A program made the position numbers and the translations under genes. Positions 30,584 to 43,707 of a stretch of 64,000 bases of DNA are shown in pieces. The stretch comes from Paragordius varius (taxonomy: Eukaryota > Animalia > Nematomorpha), in the NCBI GenBank assembly GCA_964247055.1, contig OZ176055.1, positions 1,364,001 to 1,428,000 on the forward strand, given 5' to 3'. The notes below the pieces were generated by a model. The model saw nothing but the letters and a program-made list of their open reading frames with translations, had not been told where the DNA came from and ran no database searches. Within the stretch, counting starts at the first letter, position 1. The number at the start of each line of letters is the position of its first letter.

Positions 30584-33500
30584 TCAATTTAGAATTACTA
30601 TTAATTGCGTTTGGGTTAATGGTTTTACCTGAGATAATATAGTGGGAATGGCTGTATTAGGGTCTGTGTTTAGCTGTTGTTTTACATTGCTTTTCTTGCT
30701 CCACAAATTAAATAATTTCCATTTCAACTCCAAAAAAAGGGTGGGAGATGTTTTAGTAGTTTTTGATTTTGTTTTACGAAAATATAGGCATATAAACACA
30801 TGGATTATGAAAATAATTATGATTATCAATGTAATGGCTATGGTAGATGGAATGTATTTGCTTTGAAGGATTCGTTGATAATTTGCCGTATTTTTCATTT
30901 CGCATAAACAATAGCTTTGCAACATATTCATTTGTATGGTTTGAGACATATTTTCATTGACATTTATCCAAATACCTGCAAATCAAATATTTACAGTAAA
31001 AACATAAAAATATAAAAACAAATTTTTTAAAAAACACGCATACCTTTTTAGTTAATTTATCCCTAAAAAACCATTCAAATACAATTATACATCATTGATA
31101 GTAACACGAATATACATCTCTATTTTTTATTTTGTAATTTAAAACAATCAATTATCATCAAATTAATCAAGATTTAAAAAGGGTTATCTTTTAGAAAAGA
31201 ATATTTGTCTTTATATTTTTACGTTTTGTCCGTATAATTTCAATTTTACTGTAAAAAAATATTAAGCCGTCAAAAATTGTGTTAGATATCTATTTAGGAT
31301 AGAATATTTTTATGATATTAGGAATTTTGAGATAATTTTTCAAAATAATTAATGTTTAAAAAATGAAGACCAACTATAACATTTAATTTATATTTCCATT
31401 CTTACAATAATAAAAATGTTAAATATATTGATTTCTTCCTTAATTATATTCCAAGGTTTTTTATTTGTATTATAGATAGATAATTTATATCAGATAAAAT
31501 TAAATGGCTATTTTCGCATTTCTTTTGAGTAAAAAAAATTTTTAATAAAAAAAAGTCTTAATTTTACTATTTGGTGGCTGATGATTTTGTTCAAGACTTG
31601 AAATGAATGGTATTGGTGAGTTTTTGGATGTTCGCCTTGTTGTTGCCAATAAAATTTTATTGCAAAATTGAGTTATCTATAGAAGTGTGATTTTTTTATC
31701 AAAAATTTGTTAAAGAAAAACAAAAATCTAGTCCAGGGGTGTCCAACACAAATGGCTTCGCGGGCCGTATTCCAAATATATATGGGCATTCATAAGGAAT
31801 TTATTAGTCATTTTTAACATAAAATTGGAAAATTCAAACATATAATATAGAAATTTTTTCTAGTTCTTGCTAATTGGTATTTAGAAAAATTGTTTGGTAA
31901 ATATCTATACTATAAAGATTTTATGAACACATATTTAAAAAATTTATGGATTTTTTCAAATTTTTCGCGGGCTGGTGTTGGCACCCCTGATCTAGTGTGT
32001 TTCTATGTTTTTTTCATACTTGATTGTCAGATAAGGTACATAAGGAATTGCAGGTATATCCATATTCCGAATCCACTGATATAAATCTTTTTTGAATGTT
32101 TTTATTGATAGGATGTGATATACAAATGTTGACTCGAGGAGGACAAAATATTTCAGTACACCTGGGTGGAGTTGTTGAAGTAATGTAACTAAATTAATTC
32201 CAATATATATTTTTTAGGGCATTTAAAAAGTATAAAATACCTAACCATTTAATTAAAATAAAATATTTCAGTATGTTCATGGTAAACAAAGTGTTTAACA
32301 GTTAACAATTCCACTAAATTCTATTTTTATTAATTTTTTTTTGCAATGTTAACTTCTCAGGTAAAAAGTATGTATGTTTGAAAAGAGCATATATAAAATA
32401 TTTTTGCATAGTCAATCGATATAATATTATCTAAAATAGAATGATTTAATCAAAAAAATGAAACCGTAACCAATGAAAAATAATTTTAAAATGAAATTTT
32501 TAGCCTTCGAGCCTTAAACAAATGGTTATTGAACTAAAAGCAGAAACGGCTCCGGTTTCAACCCCTGATTATACAATTAATTTTAAAAAAATACAAAAAG
32601 GAAAAAACGCGACGTAAACCTTGTTGATATAACTAATTTTAATTATGCAAGATATTTTTATTAATTATCGATTATTTAAAAATATTTTGAAAATATTTAC
32701 CTATCAGTAGTTTTCTCCATAAAAGTATGTTTTGGAGTAGGGCTGAAGGTAACTATTTTGTTAGTTATATATCTATTTTTTATCAATCGCCTTGTTGTGT
32801 TTTTATTCATAAATTGAAAATGATTATAATTTTTATTATTATTATTCCTACCAAGATTATCTTTATTATGTCGACTGTTAATATAGAGACTGATTGGGAA
32901 TGTAAGTTTTTTTAAATAATATGGATGATGTACAATGCATTCCAGTTTATAAAATTGCATTTTGTCTTCTCCGCCGCCATCAAGCGAAGAAAATTGAATA
33001 TCTTTGTAATATTGATCGTAATTTTGAAGCGTTTGATTGTAATATTTTAATCGATTTGCAGTAATATTGACAGAAGGATATCTAAGAATAGGATATAATT
33101 TACATTTATATTGAAAATGAGAACTAGTATAATTAATTATTTCAAATATATCTAAGTTTCATTGCTTTTATAGAGTAAGTAAATAGATTTTAAATCAAAC
33201 ATCCAAAAAAAATTTTCATCGAGGGCAAATGATTTTTTTACGACAAAACTTATAATAATAGTGATATATAAAATTGAATCTTTACCAATAACTATAATAA
33301 CTTAAGGTACAATTGACTATCTAATTAAAATAAAATTGCACAAAAATAAGCTGAAATTCCAACAGTCGCGTGATTTCTTTTTAACTTATATATTTCATTT
33401 TGTTAAACATTTTAGAAAGTTATTCATTATTGTCGATAGCATATGCAACAACGACTATTAATGACAAATTATAATAAAAAGCGAAACAAATAACTATAAG

Positions 33501-35111
33501 CCAATAATACTGCCCTTTGTTGTATATCCTATTTGGCAAATTAATAACTTTTAGCATATTTACTCATAGTATATAAATTTATCCAAAATTTGCCATAAAT
33601 ATATATTTTTTATATCTTGCTTTTGTCTCAAACATATATCTCACAAATTTGTAGTTAAATGATTAATCAGTTATATTAGGTTATTTTTTGTTCTTTTTTG
33701 ATAAGCAAAATTAAAAATCAATAATGTTATAAATTATATCGTTACAACAGTTACAACAATTTAGCATTACAATAATAAATAAGGGGAGAATTTGTCAGAT
33801 AACGAAAATTATAGCATATTAAACAATTTGGTGGTATGCCAAAAAATTAAGACAGTATTTATTACTTTATTTCCCAGGTGATTAGGGGTGCCGGACGCCC
33901 ACCCTGGATTTCACACCTAAGTTTAAGGTTTGAGGTTTCATTACTTACATGGAAGTAATAAGAAGTAGATGATTGATTATCTAAGGTAACAATTTCGGTT
34001 TTATAATTTTTTTCCTTTCCGCTCCCCCTAAGCAGGGTAATTTTAGCGGTCTGCGATTTAGGGGCAGTCATGAGTTTTAACTGAGCGGTAGCTCTCAGGT
34101 GATCGCTATAAAATTTATTCCGTCGACCACTGACTTGGCACTCGAAAATGGCTTCATCGGTTTCCGTAAAATTTTGAATGTGAAGCGAAAAATTTCCCCT
34201 GCTTTTGTCCCCAAACATTCGGTAATTCTTGTAATAAGGGATTTTATGATGAAAACCTGTATATATATATATATATATATATATTGAGTGTTTGTAAAAA
34301 TAAGTTTTTTTAGTGGCAAAAATTTTGATTGGAATCAGTCAGAATATACCATTTACAATTCAAATTCACCCTTAAACAATTCTAATTCACACTTAAACAA
34401 TTCAAATTCACCCTTAAAAATTCAAATTCACCCTTGAACAATTCAAATTCACACCAAAAATATATGCTTTTGGGCTTAAATATTTTATTTTTAATATAAA
34501 ATATATCTTTATGGCTTAGTTTATTATTATTTTCAGTTTAATGTTAATTTAAACAAAATTTTATTTTTTAATAATATAGAAAAATATAGGTAATTTTTAA
34601 TCATAAAAAACACATTTGAGTTCCAGGGTGAATTCAAAGTGTAAATGGTATATTTTATATGTTTTGTTTTAATCATAAAAAGGTCGGCGAAAAGTGCCAT
34701 CATCAAATTTCGTGGCCTATATAATTAAAAGTTTTATTATGCTTAAATATCTATTAATAATCTAAAAATAATTAAACTCAACCATAATTAAAAATAAAAT
34801 AATGAAAAGTTTGAAATAATAACCATACCAAGAGCTATCGAATTTTTTTTCCATTGAACCCTTCCAACTAAATCCTTGATAACACAAGGAATTAAGACAT
34901 TAGTATTTGGTTTGACCCATAAATCTCGAGGTTTTTCCACAAAATGTTGGATCCCAAACATTTCTAGAAGTGAAATTTTACATTAGAATCAAGAAATGAT
35001 AAATTTGAAATTAATATCGTAAATATTACCTTTAAACATTATAAGGAGAAGTAATAATAATGAATGGGAATAATTATTATTATAATTATAATGATAGGTT
35101 AATGATAGCAT
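30584..35111 (-). CDS. Type I membrane Ig-superfamily protein, nephrin/kirre-like, signal peptide + 2 Ig + stalk + TM, ~519 aa
   Basis: Exons 35111-35030, 34963-34829, 34256-33866, 33081-32852, 32752-32701, 32188-32020, 31676-31568 and 30975-30584 total 1560 nt with all phases matching. Features: SLLLLLLIMF signal, QHFVEKP...PC...GRVQWKKNSIALG...GNFSLHI...DEAIFECQV (Ig1), LRCEIQGGRPAPLITW...YKLECIVHHP (Ig2), and TM IAITLIIIIIFIIHVFICLYF. The 3' exons are less certain. Confidence 0.75.
31734..31989 (+). mobile_element. hAT (Charlie/Buster-type) MITE, 256 bp, intronic
   Basis: TIRs CAGGGGTGTCCAACAC / GTGTTGGCACCCCTG with 8-bp target duplication ATCTAGTC / ATCTAGTG. Partial copies lie at ~12560-12680, 13715-13880, 53260-53470, 59270-59300 and 63020-63261. 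Confidence 0.85.
34345..34652. mobile_element. MITE with 27-bp TIRs and internal 21-bp minisatellite (~5 units)
   Basis: Left TATACCATTTACAATTCAAATTCACCC vs right reverse complement TATACCATTTACACTTTGAATTCACCC (24/27). Tandem AATTCAAATTCACCCTTAAAC units at 34357-34455. Confidence 0.65.
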
Positions 35112-35937
35112 AGTTGAGTATAACTCTCATTAAAGTTAAGTTAATACTTTGAGAAAAAAACTAAGTTTCCAACTACTTTTTGGAGGCGAGATATGGAAAA
35201 TAGATAAGCTATATTATAACATATTGCAAAGTTTACAAAAAAAATTGCCTTGTAATAATTGAACAGAGAGATATATAGAAGTTTTTGCAAAAATTATCAA
35301 ACCTTTTGCCATTTAACAGAGGAAAGAAACCAAAAATTGAGTTTTGACGAATTAGATTCTTTATTGGTTATAATATCATGGTATAGCAACCAATATATTA
35401 TATAAAAAAAGTTATTTTCTATTTTCGTAATAATGCTAATCTAGTTGTAACATAACGGGACATATACACCAAAAAAAATTTATCTCAGAAGAAATTAACG
35501 AAAAATCAATAAGGAATTTTATTTGTATGGTTTCGGGAAATAAGATATCTATTGAATATGGCTTTGGACAACGCTATAAGTTTTACTTTTTGATTCATAA
35601 TTATAACATCGGTAAAACTGGTGGTAATTATAAGCGATTTTTTCTTTCAAAAAAACACACATAAAGAGATATATCATCCATATTAGGAAAAGATTTAATT
35701 ATATTTGGATAATTCAAATCTGATCACATGTATTGATTATTTTACGAAAAAAAAATTGATTAAAAAATGATTGAAAATCAATGCACTTTAAAGTGTATAC
35801 TATCCACACATTGAATGATAAGATAATTTACTTATTATACTAATATAAGGTTTAAGTTTTTTAATGAGCCTCTTAAACACATACACTTGAAAATGAATTA
35901 ACTAAAATTAGTAGAACTGATTTATTGTTAAATATGG

Positions 35938-36147
35938 ATATATATATATATATATAATTTTTAATACAGTTTTGTCATTATATATATATATATATATATT
36001 CACTGTAACTTAATATTATTATACACTTATAGTATTAAATATTTGAAAAAAGTGGTTTTTGAAATTAAAGATGTGCTTTTTCAAATATTATTTTATTACA
36101 TTTTTTTTATATTTCTTAACCTATATATATATATATATATATATATA
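35938..36147. repeat. Cluster of (AT)n microsatellites (others at ~34260-34284 and ~51951-51977)
   Basis: Direct reading of TA dinucleotide runs. Confidence 0.85.
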
Positions 36148-37582
36148 TTTAAGAAAATAATTTTACCTATATATCCATAATAAAATAGGATTTAGAAATA
36201 AAAAAGAATATTTTTTGAAAGCCGACATTGTCTAGTGACATAATATTATTTATACATATATATTTATAGTAGGATTACGATAGATTATGAGTTAAATCCA
36301 AACAATAATTTAATAATTTTTTGTATCCTTTTAGTAATTTTTTTTTTCGAAATTTCTTTTGATAAAAAAAACATTTTTTTCACACGCAAATTTCTAACTT
36401 CAACAAATATATATATTAGTATTTCAAATGTATTTTGAATTTCATAATTACTAAACTCATTTTTTATAAATTATTCGATTACTTTTCAATTTGATTTATA
36501 ATAAAATTCAATATTCTTATAGAATTTATTACCTTTAATATTTCCGACTTAAAGCCTGGAATACATTTCAAGGATATTATGCAAATATTTTAGCTAAAAA
36601 CCAAAAGCTTAATGCATTTAAATTCCTATATATATATCCTATTATTCTTAATATATCCCTTAGGAAAACTTCATTAACCGTAATACTGTAGAGATTTTCG
36701 ACCTCATTTCAATTAACACAAGTCAAAAGTTTTTGGTCACCCGTACCTTAAATTCTCTGTATAAAAAGAATTCTATATATATTTTAAATAATTTTACAAA
36801 AACTTTAAATTATAAAAAAAATGAAGATGGTATTATAATATTTATTGAAAGCGAAAAAAATTCTCACTGTAGAAATCTAATGTACTTATATATATATATA
36901 TATTATCGACACTACTTTTTAAGTGGCTTAAAGTAATTTAATATTCAAGTGATTTTTTTACCAAAAAAATGAACGTTAGACAACTGCTGATGACTTAATT
37001 GAATATGTAAAAAAAATTATACCCTTTCCTGAGAAATTATTTTAAAACTATCTACTCATACTATAAGTTTTAATATTTTAATCTGTATTTAAATTATTAT
37101 TATACACCTATAAATCATTTTTAATTACATTAATTCGCTTAAAAGCAAAAATAATAATAATACTAGGGAATCGTAAAATAATTTATAACATTTTATAATA
37201 TGAAAATAGCGGTATTTTCATACTTTAAAAAATAATTTATGCTAAGTCTTAAATTACCATTTAAGAAGACATGAAGTCATCAAATACTACTAAAAAATTT
37301 TTTATTAAGTGTTTAAATTTAATAGAATTTTTTTAAATATGGATCAAAAATAAATATTTAGATAACAATTGGAATAAAATTCCACCCTTTTGAAGTTTTT
37401 TGATCATTTTTAACTCTGAATTGGGTAAAAGGTCGGACCAATTCTTACAACATTCTTATCAAAAGAAACCAATCGAAAAATTTAAAATATATATTTGATA
37501 TAATATTAATAAAATAACTTGGAATTGAATGTAATGAAATTGTGATATTTTAAATTTTAACAACTTATATTGATGAACCATA

Positions 37583-39900
37583 TCTATATATTTATAAAAA
37601 TGGAAATGCTGGCTTTGTGATATGTTTGTGGTAAACCGGTAGAATCATTCATATCCAAATGTCGAAAAAATATAATCATTAATGAATGCCCGACAATAGC
37701 TTCGTCCTTTTTTTAATTAAGCCCCGAGTTCGAGCCCACCCTGTGTAAAAACTGTTTTTTTAAAAAAATCGTGTCTTTGAGTTTCCGGAAAACATGTTGA
37801 ATCATTCGATTTCAAACAAGAACTTTTTACTTTTTTTTTCGATTGCGCCGAACATGATCGGCTCGCTTTTTTAATTTAGGTCCTCTCTTTACCCGCTCCC
37901 CCGTAAATTGCCATTTTTTTCCAAAAACGTCCACAAAATAATTTTTTGAATCTATTTTTTTGCCCAAGGTATGAGACCGTAAAAATTCAATGAAGATTCC
38001 AGTTATTCCCTGTTAAAAGGCAAAAATTTTAGTCGCGCGTTTCTTTTATATTGGCTACTGGGTAATTAGATGCCCGCTAAAACTGCCCCCTCATATTGAA
38101 ACGGCGTACTTTTAGGGCTAAATTTCAGAAAAATTATCAGGCCATATGAGCTCAATAGGTACTTAAAATATTACCCGTAAAAAGGCAGAAATTTTGGTAG
38201 GGCTGTTTTTTAAAATTAGCTGTTAATTAGGTCTAAGCCCAGAAAATGCGCCACCCTAGAATTATTTTTTAGTTGTGTGGCAATTTTTCGAAAAACTAAT
38301 GACATATGGAATTAATCATGATTCCAGTCCGTAAAAAGGCAAAAATTTTAACCAAGCGGTTTTTTGTATCCGCCTCTGGGAAGTCAACTACCCGCCTAAA
38401 ACTGCGCCACCATATCCAAATTTTGTTGTTTAGGATTTTCAGAAAACTTATTAGGCAATATAACTTTAATAAGGGCCTGAAATATTACCCGTAAAAAGGC
38501 AAAATTTTAAGTCGAGCGGTTTTTTTTTAATTAGCCGTTAATTAGGCTCTTTACGCCCTAAAGGCGCTATCATTCAACTGTTATTTAGTTTTGAAGCCAT
38601 TCCAAAAACTATTAAGAACATATGGAATGATTCAAATTTTTTCATCGAACATTTTTTATAGTGGCCTCTGGGCAGAGGGCCACCCTTCAACCTTGCCACC
38701 ATATCGAAACAGCATGACTTTGGATGCAAATTTTAGATAATTTATCAGACTAAAAGAATTTAATAGGGTTTTGAAATATACCGGTAAAAAGGCGAAAATT
38801 TAAGTAGACCGGTTTTATTACCCCTTAATTAGGCGCTTTTCCTGAAAACACGCGCCACCATAGAATGACTTTTTGTTGAGGCATTTTTTCGAAAATCTCA
38901 CGAGAGCATATGGAATCAATCATGATTTCAGGTATTAACTGAAATAAGGCAAAAATTTTATTCGAGCGTTTTTTTGGTTAGGGGGCTACCCGCGTAAAAC
39001 TGCCTCATCATATCTATACAGCATGTCTTTGGAGCCAAATTTTAAAAAATTTATGACACTATGTGGGTTTAAGGGCCTAAAATATTTACCATTAAAAAAA
39101 ATATTTTAGTATAGGAAGTTATTTTAATGAGTCATTAAGTAACGTTTTACGCCCTGAAAAATGCGCCACCATAGAACTTTTAGTCATACTTCCACGAACT
39201 TATAGGAACATATGGAAGCCATGATAATTCCAAATATTTCCCACATAAAGGCAAAAATTTTGCACAACGCTTTTTTATGCCTGCCCATGAGTAAGGAGCT
39301 AATCGCCAAGAGCTGGGCCACCATATAAAAATTGCGTTGTTTTGGAGCTAATTTACAGAAAATATATGAAGCCATATAAGCTCATTAAAAGCTTGAAATA
39401 TTACCCGTAACTAGGTAAAAATTAAGGTCGGCCTTTTTTAGCAGTTAATTTGGGGACTTTATGCACTCGCCATCTATAACGATTATTTACTGTTGAGATA
39501 TTTGTTTGAATAACCCAAGAGACGATGGTATCAAAGATGATTCCAAATATTTGCCCTATAAAGACAATTTAACTCGGCGCTTTCTCCATATAGGACTCTG
39601 GGTGGGGGTCTATCGGTTTAAAACTGAGATGCCATACAAAAATGGCGTGGTTTTGCAGCTAATTTTCAAAAAACTTAAGTAGCAGTGAGAGTTCAATAAG
39701 GGGTATAAATATTACCCATAAAAAGGTAAAAATGATATTCCCCTTAGCCGTTAATCTGGGGCCTTCACAGCAGTCAACAATATATTAGTACGAATGCACA
39801 GTTATGAAGCACCGTTTTTTAACTTTTATGAGATCATAACTATTAATGATGTTTCGAAATAATCCACTTATTTAGATAACAATTTCGTTGATCCCCTTTT
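37583..39900 (+). mobile_element. Helitron-like element, copy 5 (alternative 3' segment shared with copy 3)
   Basis: A|TCTATATATTTATAAAAATGGAAATG 5' end and subrepeats. Its 3' segment AACAATATATTAGTA...TTTCGAAATAATCCAC is shared only with ~20240-20330. Confidence 0.75.
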
Positions 39901-40244
39901 TACATAGTGCTCATTCGAATAAAAAACTATTAAAAGAGCAAACAATCAACATCATAATGTTTGGTATAGGAGAAGTATATATGTAATTATTATGTATAAC
40001 TGCATTCATAAGCGATCAGCCGGTTTTTTGACCGGTGCAAACCCCTTCAAACTTAAAATGAATATAACGTTTTATATTTTTGGATAATAGGTTTTAGAAT
40101 TTCCTGTAATTACAAATATTATTTCATTTTTTAGTGCAAAGATTTATTTTTTCTTAAATGAAATAAATTTTGTACTTTCATATTCATTATTACTAATGTG
40201 ATGCATTTACCTTAAGAATAAAACTTGCAACACATTCATTTTAG

Positions 40245-40780
40245 ACCTTCGATTTAAATTGGGGTAGTTAAATACCCCAGGCCTGTTAAAAATTTAATAC
40301 TTATATGTAAGGTATCGAAACCTTGGCAAAATTTTGCACTTATATAACATTAATAAACTGAAACATATAAGAAAATTTATTTAGAAAAATTGATAGTACA
40401 TATTTTAATCTAAAATCGAATGGTAAAAATTTGGTCACCGTGACATGTGTGCACTGGTAAAATTAAATAATAATACAAAATAAACCGCTTTTTCTATTTT
40501 TATCAATATTAGATGTAATTTAAATTATAGCTCTAATTTTACCCTTAAAATTAAATGAGGGCTATATTTTGCGAAATTTTTTTAAAATAAAAATGGCGTC
40601 GAAGCAGTTTGACATGGAACTTTTTTTTCAACAAAATTTTATTTAGATATTTTGGCATATTTTAATTTTTATTAAGATAAAAGCATAAATTTAAATTGCG
40701 ACCGTTTCATTCAGTATTTTTTAAAAACCTATATCAAATTTAGTCTTAGGTATTTAGATACCCCAATTTGAATCGAAGTG
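40245..40780. mobile_element. Possible piggyBac-like MITE
   Basis: 31-bp imperfect inverted repeat (26/31) CACTTCGATT.AAATTGGGGTA..TAAATAC. The right flank is TTAA and the left flank TTAG. Confidence 0.4.
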
Positions 40781-43707
40781 TTAAGAGAACAATATTTTTT
40801 GAAAATTAAATTTTTGGATGTGGGCTTCACGAAATTTTTTTGCAAATATGGACTAATTCACTTAAAATAAATGTTAAAAAGCCGGGATAGAGCTATATTT
40901 GCTAAATTTTGATATCAACCAAAAATATTAATTATAAAATTCATACTATTTCAAAAATTTAATTTTTTAGGAAAATTTTGTTGATATATACTTTATATTA
41001 ATTTGAGGCATGATGGAAAAAGTATAAAAACAATTTAGATTTTATATAATTTATTTTTTACATAATTTGATGGTAAACTTTCCATCGCTAAATTAATATG
41101 TTCGTTTGTCCTCATATTTGTATGTAAAAATTGTGTTTTTACGAAAATTCACCAATGAAATTAAAGGTAGCTTTAAATCTGAAGAAGTAAATATGTTCAG
41201 AATCATCAACATATATCAAAAAGTGTTATTTAATCTTTAAAGAATCTTTCTACCGTTTCTATCACGGCTAAAATTGAATTACGTCCTAACAAGATTATGC
41301 CAAAAATAATTTTTTCTGTAAAAGTATGCGATTTTTTAAAAAATATTTTATGAAGATTAGTAAAAATAGAATTCTTTATCACGATTCCGGCATTTTAGCT
41401 TTTTTTAAAAGAACTAGCCCATTATAAAAGAGCCAAAAAATTTAGGACTTTTGAGCGTATTAAAATATATTTTTTTTAAAATAACACTAGTCAACAAGGT
41501 TTTGCACCACCCCATTATTTTTGCATTTTCTGATACCTAATGGCATGGAAAGGCCAAAACAAAAAAGAAAAGGCCACCAATAGGATTTTTCCAAAATTTA
41601 CTTTTTAAATTTGTATTTAATTCAAAAATAACAATCATTCCTCGTGTAATGTTTTAAAATTCAAACAAGCAAGTCGATACAAGTAATATTCCATGCATGG
41701 ATAACAAATTCTAGGCATTAAATAAGATATTAAACAAGCTAAGAGCCAAATTATTAAAAATTTAAAAGGGGCTTATATATAGTGTGATAGATATAGGCGG
41801 CTGCACAAGCTCTGCATATCCCCCAAGCGATCCTATAATTATGCCAGATATGGCAAAGATAACAATAAGTAATCGTAAAGTCCGATAAGAGAGACTTGCA
41901 AGCAAAATCTGGCAAATTGACATGTCCAATTAACCAATTAACAGAATAAAGTTAGATAAATTCTACAATTAAATTATATATAAATTAGGTAAATACAAAT
42001 GGTCCAACCCCATAACAGTAAATTCTACTAAAAGTGGCTACACAACATCTATCTAAAATTCAAAATACAAAACAACCAATAATTTCAAAAAAATAAGGTA
42101 TATCCACTAGGTATAAATAAAGGATTTTTTATAAGAACCAACTCAAGAGAAAAAGTCTAATAAGTACTCGAAAGAACGAAATCTAACAAAAAAATATAGC
42201 CTATCTGAAAGCCGAAGGTTTTAACCATAGAATGCCTTTTTAGTATTTTTTTAAAAAATTTTATATGTGTTAAAAATTCTTAAAAAAAAAGACTAAATTT
42301 TGACGTTTAAGTCCGTACTATTTTTTTCTCTCTGATATTTAAATGACATATTTATATTCAATAGATAGAGTTTAAAACGTTTTATTAAATGATTTTAAAT
42401 TTATTATATAATAACATTTTATTATAAAGTTATATTTAATTTTCTCTCGATTTTCTCTTGTTTTTGAAAAATTGAAAAACCTATAAAATTTCAAAATTCT
42501 GATTGGCGGATCAAAATTTTTTTCAAATTCGGTTTTAAAACACTGAAATTAGTCATAATTTAAAAAGTTTGAGTGGTGGTGCTTAAAAATGTCCAAATTT
42601 GTCGACTAGTGTAATTTTTCCCTTTTATAGTTAATAACCTTATAAAAATTCTCCGCAAAATTTGCCATATTCTAATAAGCATTTACCACAAAAGTGATCT
42701 TTCGTAAATTACTCGTAAGCGCAAAAACTAAAAGCTCCATGATAATGACGATATATCCATATATTTTATTATACCCCCTCGATATTTTACGCATTGTTAG
42801 AGAACAGGGTTGATAAATATATTTTATTCAAAACAACTTTGCTTGTATATAATTTACAAAATCTATAAAACTACCTAAAATAAGATGTTAGGGTCAAACA
42901 AATTTTAACTATACCCAAAATTAATGTGACCAGATATTTTGAATCCTGGCGCAAAAATTGAAACATACATTGCCTATTTTAACACCAGATTTTACTGCGG
43001 TTTATCTGATGATATAGTTCTTTGTATTTATTAGCTTATTAAACACGATTAAAAATATCCAACATATGCATTAAATTAATTGAAACACAAACATTGAACT
43101 TTTAAATTTTATTAAATTTTTACTAAAATATCATAAATTCATTTTGTGTTTATTTTATATTTTGAGGCCGCTTTTACAGAAGCCCTGAGTTAAAGGGCCG
43201 TTAGCCTAAATCTTACGGTCTAAATAATTAAAGTTCCGCCACTGCGCAATTCCCTTCATAAGCGATTTTACCGGTCCGAAACCCGATTACATGTAAAACT
43301 CAATCAAAAAATAAAATAATTACCAATTAAACTAGGTTAATATTAGTATTTACCGAATGAACCTTTAATTTTTTACATATTATTTTAACAGCGGATACTC
43401 TATATTTTACATTAATTTTTTATATAAATAAAGGTAATTAATATATTTACAAATAAATATGAAAGCAGTACAAAAGTCAGGGCAGTACAGGCGCAGTTTT
43501 CAAAAACCCAGTAATATACTGCTAAAAACAGCCTATCTGGTCACATTACCCAAAATGTATTTTATTTTAAAGTTGCCTATTTTTATACCAACGACTTTTG
43601 GTATCATTCATTCGCACTGCAATATTTAAAATGTGATGCTGATTATTTTTCACGACCTTATTACGAATATTATTTAACAACCCTTTGTCGTAACCCACAC
43701 AATTTAT

